From an uncultured Planctomycetaceae bacterium (lineage in GTDB: Bacteria > Planctomycetota > Phycisphaerae > SM23-33), in the NCBI GenBank assembly GCA_964427875.1, contig CAYRVX010000003.1:46910-110909 (forward strand): a DNA stretch of 64,000 nucleotides. The letters are read 5' to 3'. Below are positions 38,155 through 47,302 of the stretch, in pieces. The notes below the pieces were generated by a model. It ran no database searches. It was not told the origin of the DNA and saw only the letters and a program-made list of their open reading frames with translations. A program made the translations under genes and the position numbers. Positions within the stretch are counted from its first letter, which is position 1, and every line of letters begins with the position of its first letter.

Positions 38155-38453
38155 GGCATGGTTCAAACATGCGCAGCCGGTAGCCGAAGCGGCCAGGGCC
38201 TTGGCACATTTGTGAGCCCAAGATCCGAAGGTCGTTGCCGGCTGCCGGCTGCCGGCTGCGCTGGTCTCGTGGCGACCGGTCCGTTACCGCCGAGCCGACT
38301 GCAACCAAACACTGACCCCTGCTGAACCAACCCCGAATCACCCCCGGCAAAATCTTGCGCCCGCCCTCGTAAATGCCTATTTCACAGGTGTTTATAGACG
38401 CAATCGCCCAAAATGGCTTTGTTTCGTAAAAAGACTTATGCCGGACCATTCGC

Positions 38454-38498
38454 AGCCACAAAGGTCACAAAGGTCACAAAGGTCACAGAGGTCACGGG
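38454..38498 (+). repeat. Tandem 9-mer (aggtcacaa) x4-5
   Basis: gccacaaaggtcacaaaggtcacaaaggtcacagaggtcacgg. An inverted partial copy aagtgaccg lies at 38511-38519. Confidence 0.8.
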
Positions 38499-38542
38499 GT
38501 AGATAACTCAAAGTGACCGATTCGCCAGCTTCCCGGGAGGTG

Positions 38543-38732
38543 CTCGTTGACTCGTGAATTCGTTAACTCGTTGATTCGTCAAGAACTCCGCCCTGGCCAC
38601 TCGGCGGATTCGTTGCACGACCCATGGCAGCCGGCACAGCTTCTCAGTTGCCGAGCCAGCAAAGCAAAGCCCAACATCTCTTCGGGCAATATCTTTCCAG
38701 TTAACGAGTTAACGAATTAACGGATCAACGGG
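38543..38732 (+). repeat. Pair of ~28-bp inverted repeats (cgttgactcgtgaattcgttaactcgtt / aacgagttaacgaattaacggatcaacg) bracketing ~130 bp: a MITE-like or protein-binding element
   Basis: Arm 1 at 38543-38572. Arm 2 at 38703-38732, which is the reverse complement with 2-3 mismatches. The arms are built from cgtt(a/g)a(c/t)tcgtt sub-repeats. Confidence 0.6.
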
Positions 38733-39080
38733 CAACCCGTAAGCCAATCAGGATCGGTCAGTTTGAGTAGATAAGATATCGAAATGGCGTGCTTTTGCAA
38801 ACGCGCAACGGACAGAGTGTTCTCTCACGGCCCCGAGCGTTTCTGTCGTAACCGCCTGCAAAATCATAACCTTTGTGTTCTTTGTGCCCTCTGTGGCGAA
38901 CAATCCGCGTTTGGCTTCGTTTCGCGTTTTTCTTCTGATCCGCCGCCTTCCTTTTCCTTGTGATCACGATCCCCCCGTAGCAGGCATATACATCTCGCAG
39001 CCCTTTTTGCACAACGAAAATCGCCAGATTGCAGAAAAACTTCCGGCCGCGCCCGCCGGCAAGGGCGGGCGTAGGCTGAA

Positions 39081-39233
39081 GGTCGTAGGTCATAGGTCGT
39101 AGGTCGTAGGGCAGACCGTGGGACCGGATACCGTGGGGCCGTGGGACCGGATACCGTCGGACCGCAAGACCGTGCCACCGGATACCGTCAGACCGGCAAT
39201 CGTCCTCGTCGTCGTCCTCGTCCTCGTCCTCGG
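39081..39233 (+). repeat. Consecutive micro/minisatellite blocks: (ggtcgtag)x4, a ~23-bp unit (ccgtgggaccggataccgt) x3, and (cgtcct)x5
   Basis: Read directly: ggtcgtaggtcataggtcgtaggtcgtagg; gaccgtgggaccggataccgtggggccgtgggaccggataccgtcgg...ccgtgccaccggataccgt; cgtcctcgtcgtcgtcctcgtcctcgtcctcgg. Confidence 0.8.
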
Positions 39234-39246
39234 CCGTCTCTTCTCG

Positions 39247-39450
39247 GGGTTCCGAGTTCCGGCCTCCTCGGGGGCAGGCGGCCGTGCCGGCCGCCGTTAA
39301 ACGCTCCGCGCCTCCCTGCCCGGTAGGCAGCCTCCGGGTTCCGAGTTCCGAGTTCCGACCTCTTCGGGGCCAGGCGGCCGTGCCGGCCGCCGTTAAACGC
39401 TCCGCGCTCCGGGCTCCGGGTTCCGAGTTCCGCCTTCCCGGTTCCCGCTT
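39247..39450 (+). repeat. ~96-bp-period direct repeat (2 full + 1 partial copies), each with the perfect palindrome ggcggccg-tgc-cggccgcc and (gttccga)n
   Basis: Copies at 39247-39311 and 39337-39407 (gttccgagttccg.cctc.tcgggg.caggcggccgtgccggccgccgttaaacgctccgcgc). A partial copy sits at 39416-39450. Confidence 0.75.
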
Positions 39451-39454
39451 GCGA

Positions 39455-39500
39455 CTTCGTCATTCGTCATTCGTCATTCATCATTGATCATTCGGCATTG
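39455..39500 (+). repeat. Tandem heptamer (tcgtcat) x3 with degenerate copies (tcatcat, tgatcat, tcggcat)
   Basis: cttcgtcattcgtcattcgtcattcatcattgatcattcggcattg. Confidence 0.8.
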
Positions 39501-39739
39501 CTTCTCCCTTGCTTCCCCCGCCCCGCGCGGTATCCTGAATGAGACAAAAGGGCCTGCCGCTCACCGGGCGGCCGTCCGGGCAAAGCGGCAGGAACCAACG
39601 GGGCGGTGAGTGTGTCCCGCTCGCCATCATGAAAGCGTTATCTCGTTCATCCGTTCACTCGTTCACTCGCGGTCGCGGAGACGCCCGCGCAGGGCCGACG
39701 CGCTGATTCCGGGCACTCCTCGACCGTCGCCCCCGACTG

Positions 39740-42244
39740 CTAGGTGCTGATCTCGGTGACTAGGCCGACTTGCTGGGCAATGGGCGTATACAGATCCACC
39801 TCGGTTGCCGGGGTGCTGATGGTGATGATCAGCGCGTATCGCGTCTGCTTCTCGACGAAGCCCAAATGCTTGCGCTCGCGCCACCAACCGGTGACGGGGG
39901 ACACGGCTACCTGCCCGCACTGCGCAACGTAGCTGGCAGGCGCTGTCCACCAGTCCGAATGAATCGAGCCACGTGTCTGGAGCTTCGCACCGATCGTCCA
40001 GTCGATCGGATCGCTTGTAGACGGTCGGGCTTGCTCTTCTTCCCATTCCTGGCTGCTGATTCGCTGACGGAATTGCCTCTCCGTTTCGATCGGCCCTCGG
40101 AGTTTGAATCGCAGCCCATGAGAGGCATAACGGAACTTCCTGCGCCATCCCCGACGGCCGGGACTCGGCTCGACGAAATAGGAAAGCGTAATCCGAACAG
40201 TCACGTCTTGCTGGTGAAGGGCCTCCAGGGCAGCCCTCGGCCACGGCAACGAGTGGAGGACAAAGTGATTCGTCTTTGCCTTGGTGCCATCCAGCTTGAA
40301 TGGCTGAATCGCCCCCTGATGGATAAGCGACACGCAGTTCTCGACGGTATACCTGGCGCGCTCAAGGTTCGGTACGCCGTATCCGAAACAACGCAGGCGA
40401 GCATGACGTTCGTCCTGCCGGTTGCCGCGAACCTGACGCAGCATCTCGCCGGTCCACTCAGCCGAGTGGACGAGGAGGCCCCGAACCGTTTCCGGCCAGA
40501 GCTCGGGATAGTCGGCCATCAGGATGGCCGCAAGCCGGGCGGCCTGGGCAGTCGCGGCGCTCGTGTCGCCAGTCCATGTCAGCAGCCGACCCGTCGGGTC
40601 GAGTGAAGTGGTGAGCAGTGATAGATCATCGCAGCCGTCGATCTGACCCCCTGGTGATTGGGCGTAGTTGCCGCCTTCCATAACGATGTCCGGCTTCAGT
40701 GGCCATCTTCGGTCGTCCCAAGCGCGAGACGTGCGACTGGTCGGACAGAGGCCGCCTAGCGGCGCCACCGCCTGGTAGCCGTCGAAACCTATTGAGCTTA
40801 TCCGCACACGCTCCGTGAAGGCACCTACCGTCAAGGCATTCCAGCTCTGGCCGGGGTCCTCGATGCCGTTGGATGAGAGGTTGGTCTCGGGGTACGTATA
40901 CGAGGGATCCGTTGTGACATCACGGATGTTCCCGGCGGCGACCACGTACAGCCGCTGATGGCCGTCACGCTGACCCGCTGCGTGCTGGTCAATGGCCCCG
41001 GACCAGGAAGTCGGGCAACCGTGATCTCTACCCATATCAGCGGCTGTGATCGGAAGGCAGGCGACACGGCTGCGCTTGGGAGCTTGGGTCTCGGCCATGG
41101 CCAAGCTGGCTTGAGTGACGTAGCCCCATGAGTCCTCGGGGTGTGGCCGGGCGCTGTGGAGCATCCGAACGGACTCCAGGCGGTGCAGGAGTGCATGTGC
41201 CTCGGTGTTCCTAAGCAGGTCGGCAAGATGGTCGCCGAAGATGGCCAGGCCAGCGATCTCCGTACCATGGGCCTCGGCATGGTCGACCACCGGCCACGTC
41301 GGGTCCAAAGCCTGCGCGTCCTCGTCCGCAATCAACGGGCGCAATAGCGGGTGGGACGTATGCACGCCATGGTCGAGCAAACACACAGCCGGTGCGTCGG
41401 CGTGCGGCAAGACCAATCGGCCGACCAAGTCCTGGACGAACTCCCGCTGTTCCCGGGCTTGCAGGCGAAGGAACTCCGTGGGCACTTCCTTCGCCCGTCG
41501 TAATTCTGCGAGTCGATCAAGTAGCGGAACGAAGACTCGCGTCCATTGCGCGGGTGTTCCGAAGGCAAGGAAAACAAGGCGTTCAGGGAACGGAATGACG
41601 TGCTGACTCAGTTGCAGCTGAGTGTCCGCCGTTGCAGCTACAAACTCGGCGAAAGCCGAATCTGGGTCTTCATCTGCCGCAACGCGAATCCAGACCTCCC
41701 ACCAGATGGCTTGGTTCTCAGTAGCTGGGTATAGGCTCTCGTCGTCGGTCCAGAATGATGCGAGAACTGGGAAACGAATGCCGCTGATACCGGTGACCAG
41801 GTCTTCGTTCTTTGGGCGGCCGGATGGATAGCCTTCCGTTGGTGCCGTATTCTCGGTTTCGTACCGCTCGATCTTGCGAACGTACTTCTCGAGTTGCCCG
41901 TCGGGGACGTAGACCGTCGCGTGCAGACGGCCGTCATGGACTCGTGTGGAAAGCACTTCCACTTCAGGGCGGAGCTTTCTGTTCTCAAGGCTTTCGATCT
42001 TGAGGTCATACTTCCGCACGTCTTCGCCAACGACCTCAAGACACAGATCGCGTATGACATGGCCCGACTCACCGGCAAGGGATTTCGCATCTTCCACGGC
42101 CTTCTCTACGTCACCGATCAACTTCCGAGCATGGGCGCGTCGGTCACGCGGAGGCATTCTGAATTCACCTCCGCCCCCGGGCGGCCTGGTGTAGTTACGG
42201 GCCTGTCCGGGCTTCGTGATGAGAACATGTCGATGTCGCGCCAT
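39740..42244 (-). CDS. Subtilisin-like S8 serine peptidase, large (834 aa), IetS-like
   Basis: Catalytic-residue contexts LLDHGV (Asp), HGTEIAGLAI (His), VVAAGN (Asn) and GDTSAATAQAARLAAI (Ser). The gene has lower GC and different codon usage than its surroundings. Confidence 0.75.
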   Translation of the reverse strand: MARHRHVLITKPGQARNYTRPPGGGGEFRMPPRDRRAHARKLIGDVEKAVEDAKSLAGESGHVIRDLCLEVVGEDVRKYDLKIESLENRKLRPEVEVLSTRVHDGRLHATVYVPDGQLEKYVRKIERYETENTAPTEGYPSGRPKNEDLVTGISGIRFPVLASFWTDDESLYPATENQAIWWEVWIRVAADEDPDSAFAEFVAATADTQLQLSQHVIPFPERLVFLAFGTPAQWTRVFVPLLDRLAELRRAKEVPTEFLRLQAREQREFVQDLVGRLVLPHADAPAVCLLDHGVHTSHPLLRPLIADEDAQALDPTWPVVDHAEAHGTEIAGLAIFGDHLADLLRNTEAHALLHRLESVRMLHSARPHPEDSWGYVTQASLAMAETQAPKRSRVACLPITAADMGRDHGCPTSWSGAIDQHAAGQRDGHQRLYVVAAGNIRDVTTDPSYTYPETNLSSNGIEDPGQSWNALTVGAFTERVRISSIGFDGYQAVAPLGGLCPTSRTSRAWDDRRWPLKPDIVMEGGNYAQSPGGQIDGCDDLSLLTTSLDPTGRLLTWTGDTSAATAQAARLAAILMADYPELWPETVRGLLVHSAEWTGEMLRQVRGNRQDERHARLRCFGYGVPNLERARYTVENCVSLIHQGAIQPFKLDGTKAKTNHFVLHSLPWPRAALEALHQQDVTVRITLSYFVEPSPGRRGWRRKFRYASHGLRFKLRGPIETERQFRQRISSQEWEEEQARPSTSDPIDWTIGAKLQTRGSIHSDWWTAPASYVAQCGQVAVSPVTGWWRERKHLGFVEKQTRYALIITISTPATEVDLYTPIAQQVGLVTEIST

Positions 42245-42262
42245 GGGAACTCCCCGATCGGT

Positions 42263-43252
42263 TCACCTTGGTTTCCCACCGGAACGCCCACGTTGGGATA
42301 GAGCACGCTTCAGTTCGCTGGTCAGTATCTTCCGGCGTCCGTCGAGAACCGCATCTTTTGCCGCCTCTTCGCATGCCTTCACGATATCGGCGTGGGGCAT
42401 GCCTTTCGCCGTGTCCAGGATCGACCGCCAGCCAAGACGCCGAATGTCGAAGCTGCTGAGTCGGTTCTCGACGAGCCTCCGGGCCATGGTCGCAGTGGGC
42501 AATCCGTAGCGCACCGTGTCATCGAAGCGCCGGAACAGCGCCGAGTCGAGCGAGCCCTCGAGGTTGCTGGCCGCGATGATGAGCCCCATCGAGTCATCTT
42601 GTTCGAGGAAGATGAGGAATGAGTTGAGGACACGCCGGATCTCCCCGACATCATGTCCGCCATGACGATGAGCCCCGATAGCGTCGAACTCGTCGAACAG
42701 ATACACGGCGCGAGACTGCTTCATGGCGTCGAAGACAAGGCGGAGTTTGGCCGCTGTTTCGCCCATGAACTTCGTGATGAGTGTATGAAACTGAACCGTC
42801 AGGAGCGGCAAGCGCAGCTCACCGGCCAACGCGGCAGCCGTCATGGACTTCCCGCAGCCAGGCGCCCCAAGCAACAACAGCTTCCGGCGGGGAACAAGGC
42901 CGTGCGTGTGCAGACGGTCGACTTGGCGGTACTCGACCAGGACACGGTCGAGGCGCCGCTTCAGTTCGACCGTCAGAACCATGTCTGCCAGATGCGTATT
43001 CGGGAATGTGGCGGCGAAGAGACCGCTTAGCTCCCCCGTCGGCTGAGCAATTGGAACGGATTTCAATGGCGCTGGCTGCGCGGCTTGCATGCGACGAGCT
43101 TCGTCCACAAGGTGCCGAAGCTCTTCGGCGAGCTTCTTCTTCCCAGTTCTGGCCGCGTGTGCGGCGATCTGAGAGGCAACGGACAAGAACCGCTCCGGAT
43201 CTCGCTCCGTGTAGCTCTCGATCAGTGCTTTAACTTGTTGGGCTGTGGCCAT
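42263..43252 (-). CDS. AAA+ ATPase (classic AAA family), IetA-like
   Basis: Walker A LLLLGAPGCGKS, Walker B VYLFDEFDA, and sensor/arginine-finger region IIAASN...LDSALFRRFD. It ends 19 nt upstream of the S8 peptidase start, giving a two-gene operon. Confidence 0.8.
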   Translation of the reverse strand: MATAQQVKALIESYTERDPERFLSVASQIAAHAARTGKKKLAEELRHLVDEARRMQAAQPAPLKSVPIAQPTGELSGLFAATFPNTHLADMVLTVELKRRLDRVLVEYRQVDRLHTHGLVPRRKLLLLGAPGCGKSMTAAALAGELRLPLLTVQFHTLITKFMGETAAKLRLVFDAMKQSRAVYLFDEFDAIGAHRHGGHDVGEIRRVLNSFLIFLEQDDSMGLIIAASNLEGSLDSALFRRFDDTVRYGLPTATMARRLVENRLSSFDIRRLGWRSILDTAKGMPHADIVKACEEAAKDAVLDGRRKILTSELKRALSQRGRSGGKPR

Positions 43253-43591
43253 GTGGGCGCCTCAATCGACACGGCCGACCTATGCTCAGTCCTGGCGTAG
43301 CCATTGGCTTCGCCAAACTAGACGACCAGAGCAACTGCTCGCCCTTCGACCGGCCATCCGCTTTCCTTGTTGTTGCTTCGGCCTGACGGACCCGCTCATT
43401 CGCTTCGCGGCCTCGGCAGGAAACTGCCTTAGCCAGGTTTCCCGGATGAAGTTCCGCCGCAATCATCGGGAACCTCTTTGATGATTGTATCTTGTCCCCA
43501 AGCCCTGGCAAGGCTGTTTCCGGTTCTCGTAAGCCCTCATTAGCGTCCCGTTGGGCCGCCATTCCGTTGGGAACGACCTTCGGCAGGCCCT

Positions 43592-44320
43592 TTGGGCCAG
43601 GTGGGGAGCTTCCTGGACCTGGCCACATGCGAGGGCCTCGATTCCGCAATCTTCTCGGATCCCGCCTTCCTGCCGACCTACCTGGCCCGCGCCTTCGAGT
43701 ACGCCCACGACCCCGGGACGGAAGACGCCCAGCGATGGCCCCACTTCGTCGAGACGGTATTAGCTCGGATCAAGGCGCTCCGCAGTCTGTACGCCGACGT
43801 CGAGCCGCCGCCGCGGCTCGTCGAGGCCGTCGAGGCGATCACCGCCGAGCTCATCGAGTACTTGGCCCGGCACCCGCGGGCCCTCTACCGGATCAGGCCC
43901 CGCCAGTTCGAGGAGCTGATCGCCGAAATCCTCGCAAGCTACGGCTGGCAGGTGCAGCTCACACCTGCCAGCAAGGACGGCGGCTACGATCTTCTTGCCA
44001 TCTCGAAGGACGCCTCCGATCTGGAGACCTCCTGGATCGTCGAGTGCAAGAAGTATGGGCCCGAGAACAAGGTCGGCGTGGAGATTGCCCGGGCGCTATA
44101 CGGCGTCAAGACGGATCTCCGCGTCGCCAGTGCCCTCCTCGCGACGACGTCGCACTTCACCAGAGGCGTGAAGGCCTACAAGGCCTCGCATTACGATCTG
44201 GAGCTTCGTGATTACGAGGGCATCCTGGAGTGGATCAACACCTACCGTCCCAACCCCGACGGCAGGCTCTACATCAAGGACAACCGCCTGATCCTCCCGG
44301 GCGACGAACGCCCGGCGTAG
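43592..44320 (+). CDS. Mrr-catalytic-domain restriction-endonuclease-like protein
   Basis: The PRQFEELIAEILASYGWQVQLTPASKDGGYDLLAISKD...WIVECKKYGPENKVGVEIARALYG pattern is the Mrr_cat (PD-(D/E)xK) signature. The N-terminal ~100 aa are of unknown function. Confidence 0.65.
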   Translation: MGQVGSFLDLATCEGLDSAIFSDPAFLPTYLARAFEYAHDPGTEDAQRWPHFVETVLARIKALRSLYADVEPPPRLVEAVEAITAELIEYLARHPRALYRIRPRQFEELIAEILASYGWQVQLTPASKDGGYDLLAISKDASDLETSWIVECKKYGPENKVGVEIARALYGVKTDLRVASALLATTSHFTRGVKAYKASHYDLELRDYEGILEWINTYRPNPDGRLYIKDNRLILPGDERPA

Positions 44321-44396
44321 CGCGGTCGGGCTTGGTGACAGAAAGAACAACGATCCGCACAAGAGGTTAATGGAACGCGGGGGGGCGTGGGGTATT

Positions 44397-44514
44397 TGTT
44401 TAGCGGGCCGGCTTGCCGGCCACTCCTCGGCCGGCAGGGCCGAGGCCCTTGCGTCGTCCGGCGGAAGACACGGCCGGCAACCTGTCTGCCGACAGGCAGA
44501 GCCGGGCCGCTAAA
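44397..44514 (+). other. GC-rich ~120-nt element with long-range complementary arms and nested hairpins (candidate structured RNA / attenuator)
   Basis: gtttagcgg (44397-44405) pairs with ccgctaaac (44506-44514). Internal hairpins include gccggc-ttg-ccggc and tctgcc-gaca-ggcaga. It lies between the Mrr-like gene and the exbB/exbD operon. Confidence 0.25.
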
Positions 44515-44684
44515 CCATTGAACGATGCGCTCAGTTTAGCTCGCATGCGGATCGTTGATAACATTGCCCTGCTCCCGGAACCGGGCTTCGGATGAGACGT
44601 TCCTACTATGTGCTGTTCTTGAGGTGAGCTCCTTCGTTACAATCCCGGGCAGATGAGGCGGCCGGGATCAGGGAGGACCGCAGT

Positions 44685-45506
44685 ATGCGGGAACGGAAAT
44701 GGCAGTTGAGGACGGTTTGGGCCGCGTTGCTGGTGTTGCTGGCTGCCGCGGCGCCGGTGACGGTCGCGCAGGAGGGCGAGCCGCCCGCGGCGCCGACGAA
44801 GAGGGCGGCCGAAGGCGCAGCCGACGAGGAGGTCGAAGGCCTCGCCATGGACGCCCCGCAGACGCTCTGGGAGTCGCTGGAGGCGCAGTGGAGCACCCTC
44901 TACAAGCTCGGCGGGCGGACGATGATCGCCCTGGCGGCCGCCTCGATCATCGGCTTTGCGTCCCTGCTGGAGCGGGCGATCAGCCTGCTGCTGGCCTCCT
45001 TCAGCATAAGGGGCCCCGTCAGGACCGCCGGGGCCATGTGGAAACAGGAGAGGTTTGGTGACCTCGAGAGGCTGGTCGGGAGCAAGTCGGGCATTACGGC
45101 CCGTCTGATCGACTTCATCGTGCGGCACCGCGAGTATCACATTGCGGACGTCTCGGCCGCCGTGGGCGATCTCGCCAGCCGGTATATCAAGCGGCACATT
45201 CGCCGGAACTACTGGCTGCTCGTCGTGGCGGGGATCAGCCCGATGCTGGGTCTGCTCGGCACGGTCCTCGGGATGATCGAGGCCTTCGAGAAGGTCAACA
45301 TCGCCGGGTCGATGGGCAGCGCGAAGTATCTCTCGGGCGCGATCTCCAAGGCGCTGATCACGACGGCCACCGGACTGGTCATCGGGATCCCCGCGCTGTT
45401 TTTCTATCACGTTTACAAGTTCCTGACCGGCGTGCTGGCCGACACGCTGGAGGGCAGGGCCAATGAAATGGTCACCGGCTGGCTCATGAGGAAGGAGGCC
45501 GCCTGA
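44685..45506 (+). CDS. MotA/TolQ/ExbB-family proton-channel protein
   Basis: Signal plus three TM helices. A C-terminal conserved block GLLGTVLGMIEAF...ALITTATGLVIGIPALFFY. Confidence 0.85.
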   Translation: MRERKWQLRTVWAALLVLLAAAAPVTVAQEGEPPAAPTKRAAEGAADEEVEGLAMDAPQTLWESLEAQWSTLYKLGGRTMIALAAASIIGFASLLERAISLLLASFSIRGPVRTAGAMWKQERFGDLERLVGSKSGITARLIDFIVRHREYHIADVSAAVGDLASRYIKRHIRRNYWLLVVAGISPMLGLLGTVLGMIEAFEKVNIAGSMGSAKYLSGAISKALITTATGLVIGIPALFFYHVYKFLTGVLADTLEGRANEMVTGWLMRKEAA

Positions 45507-45934
45507 TGAGAATCCGACTGACCGGCGAGGAGGCCGAAGGCGAAGCCAGGATCCAGATGGCCCCGCTGATCGACTGCGTCTTCCTGCTTCTGAGCTTCTT
45601 CCTGGTCACTGCGGCCCTGCGGGAGATCCACGTGGAGCTGCCGCTGGATCTGCCCGATGCGGGTGCCTACGTGAAGGCCAAGGCGGTGGACAACACCATC
45701 GTCATCTCCGTGACGAAGGACGGGACGATCCACCTGGCCGACACGCCCGTGAACACGCGAACGCTCCTGTCGAGGCTGCGGGCCCACGCCAAGACGCCCA
45801 ACGCCCGCGTCCGCGTGGACGGCGACCGGGCCTGCGCGTTCAAGCACATCGCCTACGTGCTGGACCTGTGCCAGTTCGAGGGCCTCAACAACGTGGGGGT
45901 CCGCACGAAGGCCCCCCCCCGGCCGGGGAGGTGA
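45506..45934 (+). CDS. exbD: ExbD/TolR-family biopolymer transport protein
   Basis: INMAPLIDCVFLLLSFFLV N-terminal anchor. A periplasmic domain with ...VRVDGDRACAFKHIAYVLDLC... Its ATG overlaps the upstream stop. Confidence 0.85.
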   Translation: MRIRLTGEEAEGEARIQMAPLIDCVFLLLSFFLVTAALREIHVELPLDLPDAGAYVKAKAVDNTIVISVTKDGTIHLADTPVNTRTLLSRLRAHAKTPNARVRVDGDRACAFKHIAYVLDLCQFEGLNNVGVRTKAPPRPGR

Positions 45935-45943
45935 CAGAGACCC

Positions 45944-47293
45944 ATGCCCGAACGGCGAAGACAACTCGAGGGCTGGCGCTGGTGGGCGGTCGCGGCCATG
46001 GTGGCGATCGCCGTCTCCCTCGTGCTTCACGCGGTCATAGTCGTTGCGATCAACCGCATTCCCTGGCTGCACGATATGATCTTCCCGGAAGAGGTCGCCG
46101 TCCAGCGGACGTACTCCCCGGAGCAGATCCAGGAGACGGCCGACGACATCCGCAGGGACATCAGCAGGAAGCTGCGGGAGAAGACCGGCGAGGTGCAGGA
46201 GATCCTCGCGACGGTGGCGGACATCCGCGACCGGAAGGTGAAGGAGCACGCCGAGGGGGGCTCGGCCTCGCTGGTGACCGACACGGAGAAAGAGGCCCTG
46301 GAGCTGGCCGTACCGAGACAGGAGACGCTCTACGAGGTCTTCCGGGCGTCTCAGTTCCTCGAGCGCGGGTGCCACGACGCCTACGAGGGCTGGCGTGCCA
46401 TCACGCTGACCGTGCAGCAGAAGATCCCCCTGGAGCGCGCCAGGGAAGTCACCAAGGTCTCCCGCGTCACACGGCGGGCCGGAAAGCAGGAGCTCCTCGA
46501 GGGCCCGATCCGCAGCATGGGGGAGTTCAGGAAGTTCCGCAGCGAGGTCATCTACGTGATGACCGAGGTCGATGCCATCCTCGTCGGCGCCAAGCGAATA
46601 CGCGACCTCGTGCTGGATATCGACGCGCCGGAGCTCGGCAGCGGCCAGACCATCGCCATCCAGAACTCCGGCACGCTCTACCAGGGCAGCGGAGGCGGGT
46701 TGGAATGGGGCGCAACCGTCGGCCCGCCGCTGCTGGCCGATGAGATCTTCGCCAGCCGGGCCAGCAGCCTCTCCAGAGCGAACTTCCAACCCAAGCCCGG
46801 CCGGAAGGTCACCTCCAAGGGCAGCCCGATGGACTGGATGTACATCGACCGATGGTACTGCATCGGGCCGTTCCCCAACCCCGGCCGGAAGAACCTCGAC
46901 GAGAAGTTCCCGCCCGAGTCCGTGGTGGACCTCGACATGAGATACGAGGGCAAATACGGCGTCCTGCGCTGGAGGCCCCTTCGGGCGCCCAGTCTCTGTG
47001 TGAACCCTTACGACGTGGACAAGTACGCGATCTACTACCTGTGGACCGAGATCTGGTCCGAGGAGGAGAAGGACTACTGGTTCGCCCTGGGCAGCGACGA
47101 CTACGGCAAGCTTTGGGTCAACGGAGAGCTCATCTGGGCCAGCGGCAAGACGCCGCACCACTGGATCCCCGACCGCGGCTACCGCAAGGTGAAGCTGAGA
47201 AAAGGCCCGAACCAGATCCTGTTCAAGATAGAGAACGCCGGCGGCACGATGGGCTTCTCCGTGGTCCTCCGCGTCGCGCCCATAGGCACGTGA
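45944..47293 (+). CDS. Hypothetical membrane-anchored periplasmic protein in the exbB-exbD cluster (possible TonB-role/auxiliary protein)
   Basis: TM helix WWAVAAMVAIAVSLVLHAVIVV. No TonB C-terminal signature recognisable. 449 aa. Confidence 0.45.
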   Translation: MPERRRQLEGWRWWAVAAMVAIAVSLVLHAVIVVAINRIPWLHDMIFPEEVAVQRTYSPEQIQETADDIRRDISRKLREKTGEVQEILATVADIRDRKVKEHAEGGSASLVTDTEKEALELAVPRQETLYEVFRASQFLERGCHDAYEGWRAITLTVQQKIPLERAREVTKVSRVTRRAGKQELLEGPIRSMGEFRKFRSEVIYVMTEVDAILVGAKRIRDLVLDIDAPELGSGQTIAIQNSGTLYQGSGGGLEWGATVGPPLLADEIFASRASSLSRANFQPKPGRKVTSKGSPMDWMYIDRWYCIGPFPNPGRKNLDEKFPPESVVDLDMRYEGKYGVLRWRPLRAPSLCVNPYDVDKYAIYYLWTEIWSEEEKDYWFALGSDDYGKLWVNGELIWASGKTPHHWIPDRGYRKVKLRKGPNQILFKIENAGGTMGFSVVLRVAPIGT

Positions 47294-47302
47294 GACTGTC
47301 CG

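Noticed and set aside
38454-39500. Possible CRISPR array in the repeat-dense intergenic tract
   Set aside because: The repeats are short tandem micro/minisatellites and two ~96-bp direct repeats. There is no regular 25-40-bp repeat / unique-spacer periodicity and no cas genes nearby.
44397-44514. tRNA gene in the GC-rich hairpin element
   Set aside because: At ~118 nt it is too long, and it lacks a T-loop (GTTCRANYC) and the D-loop consensus. It is treated only as a possible structured element.
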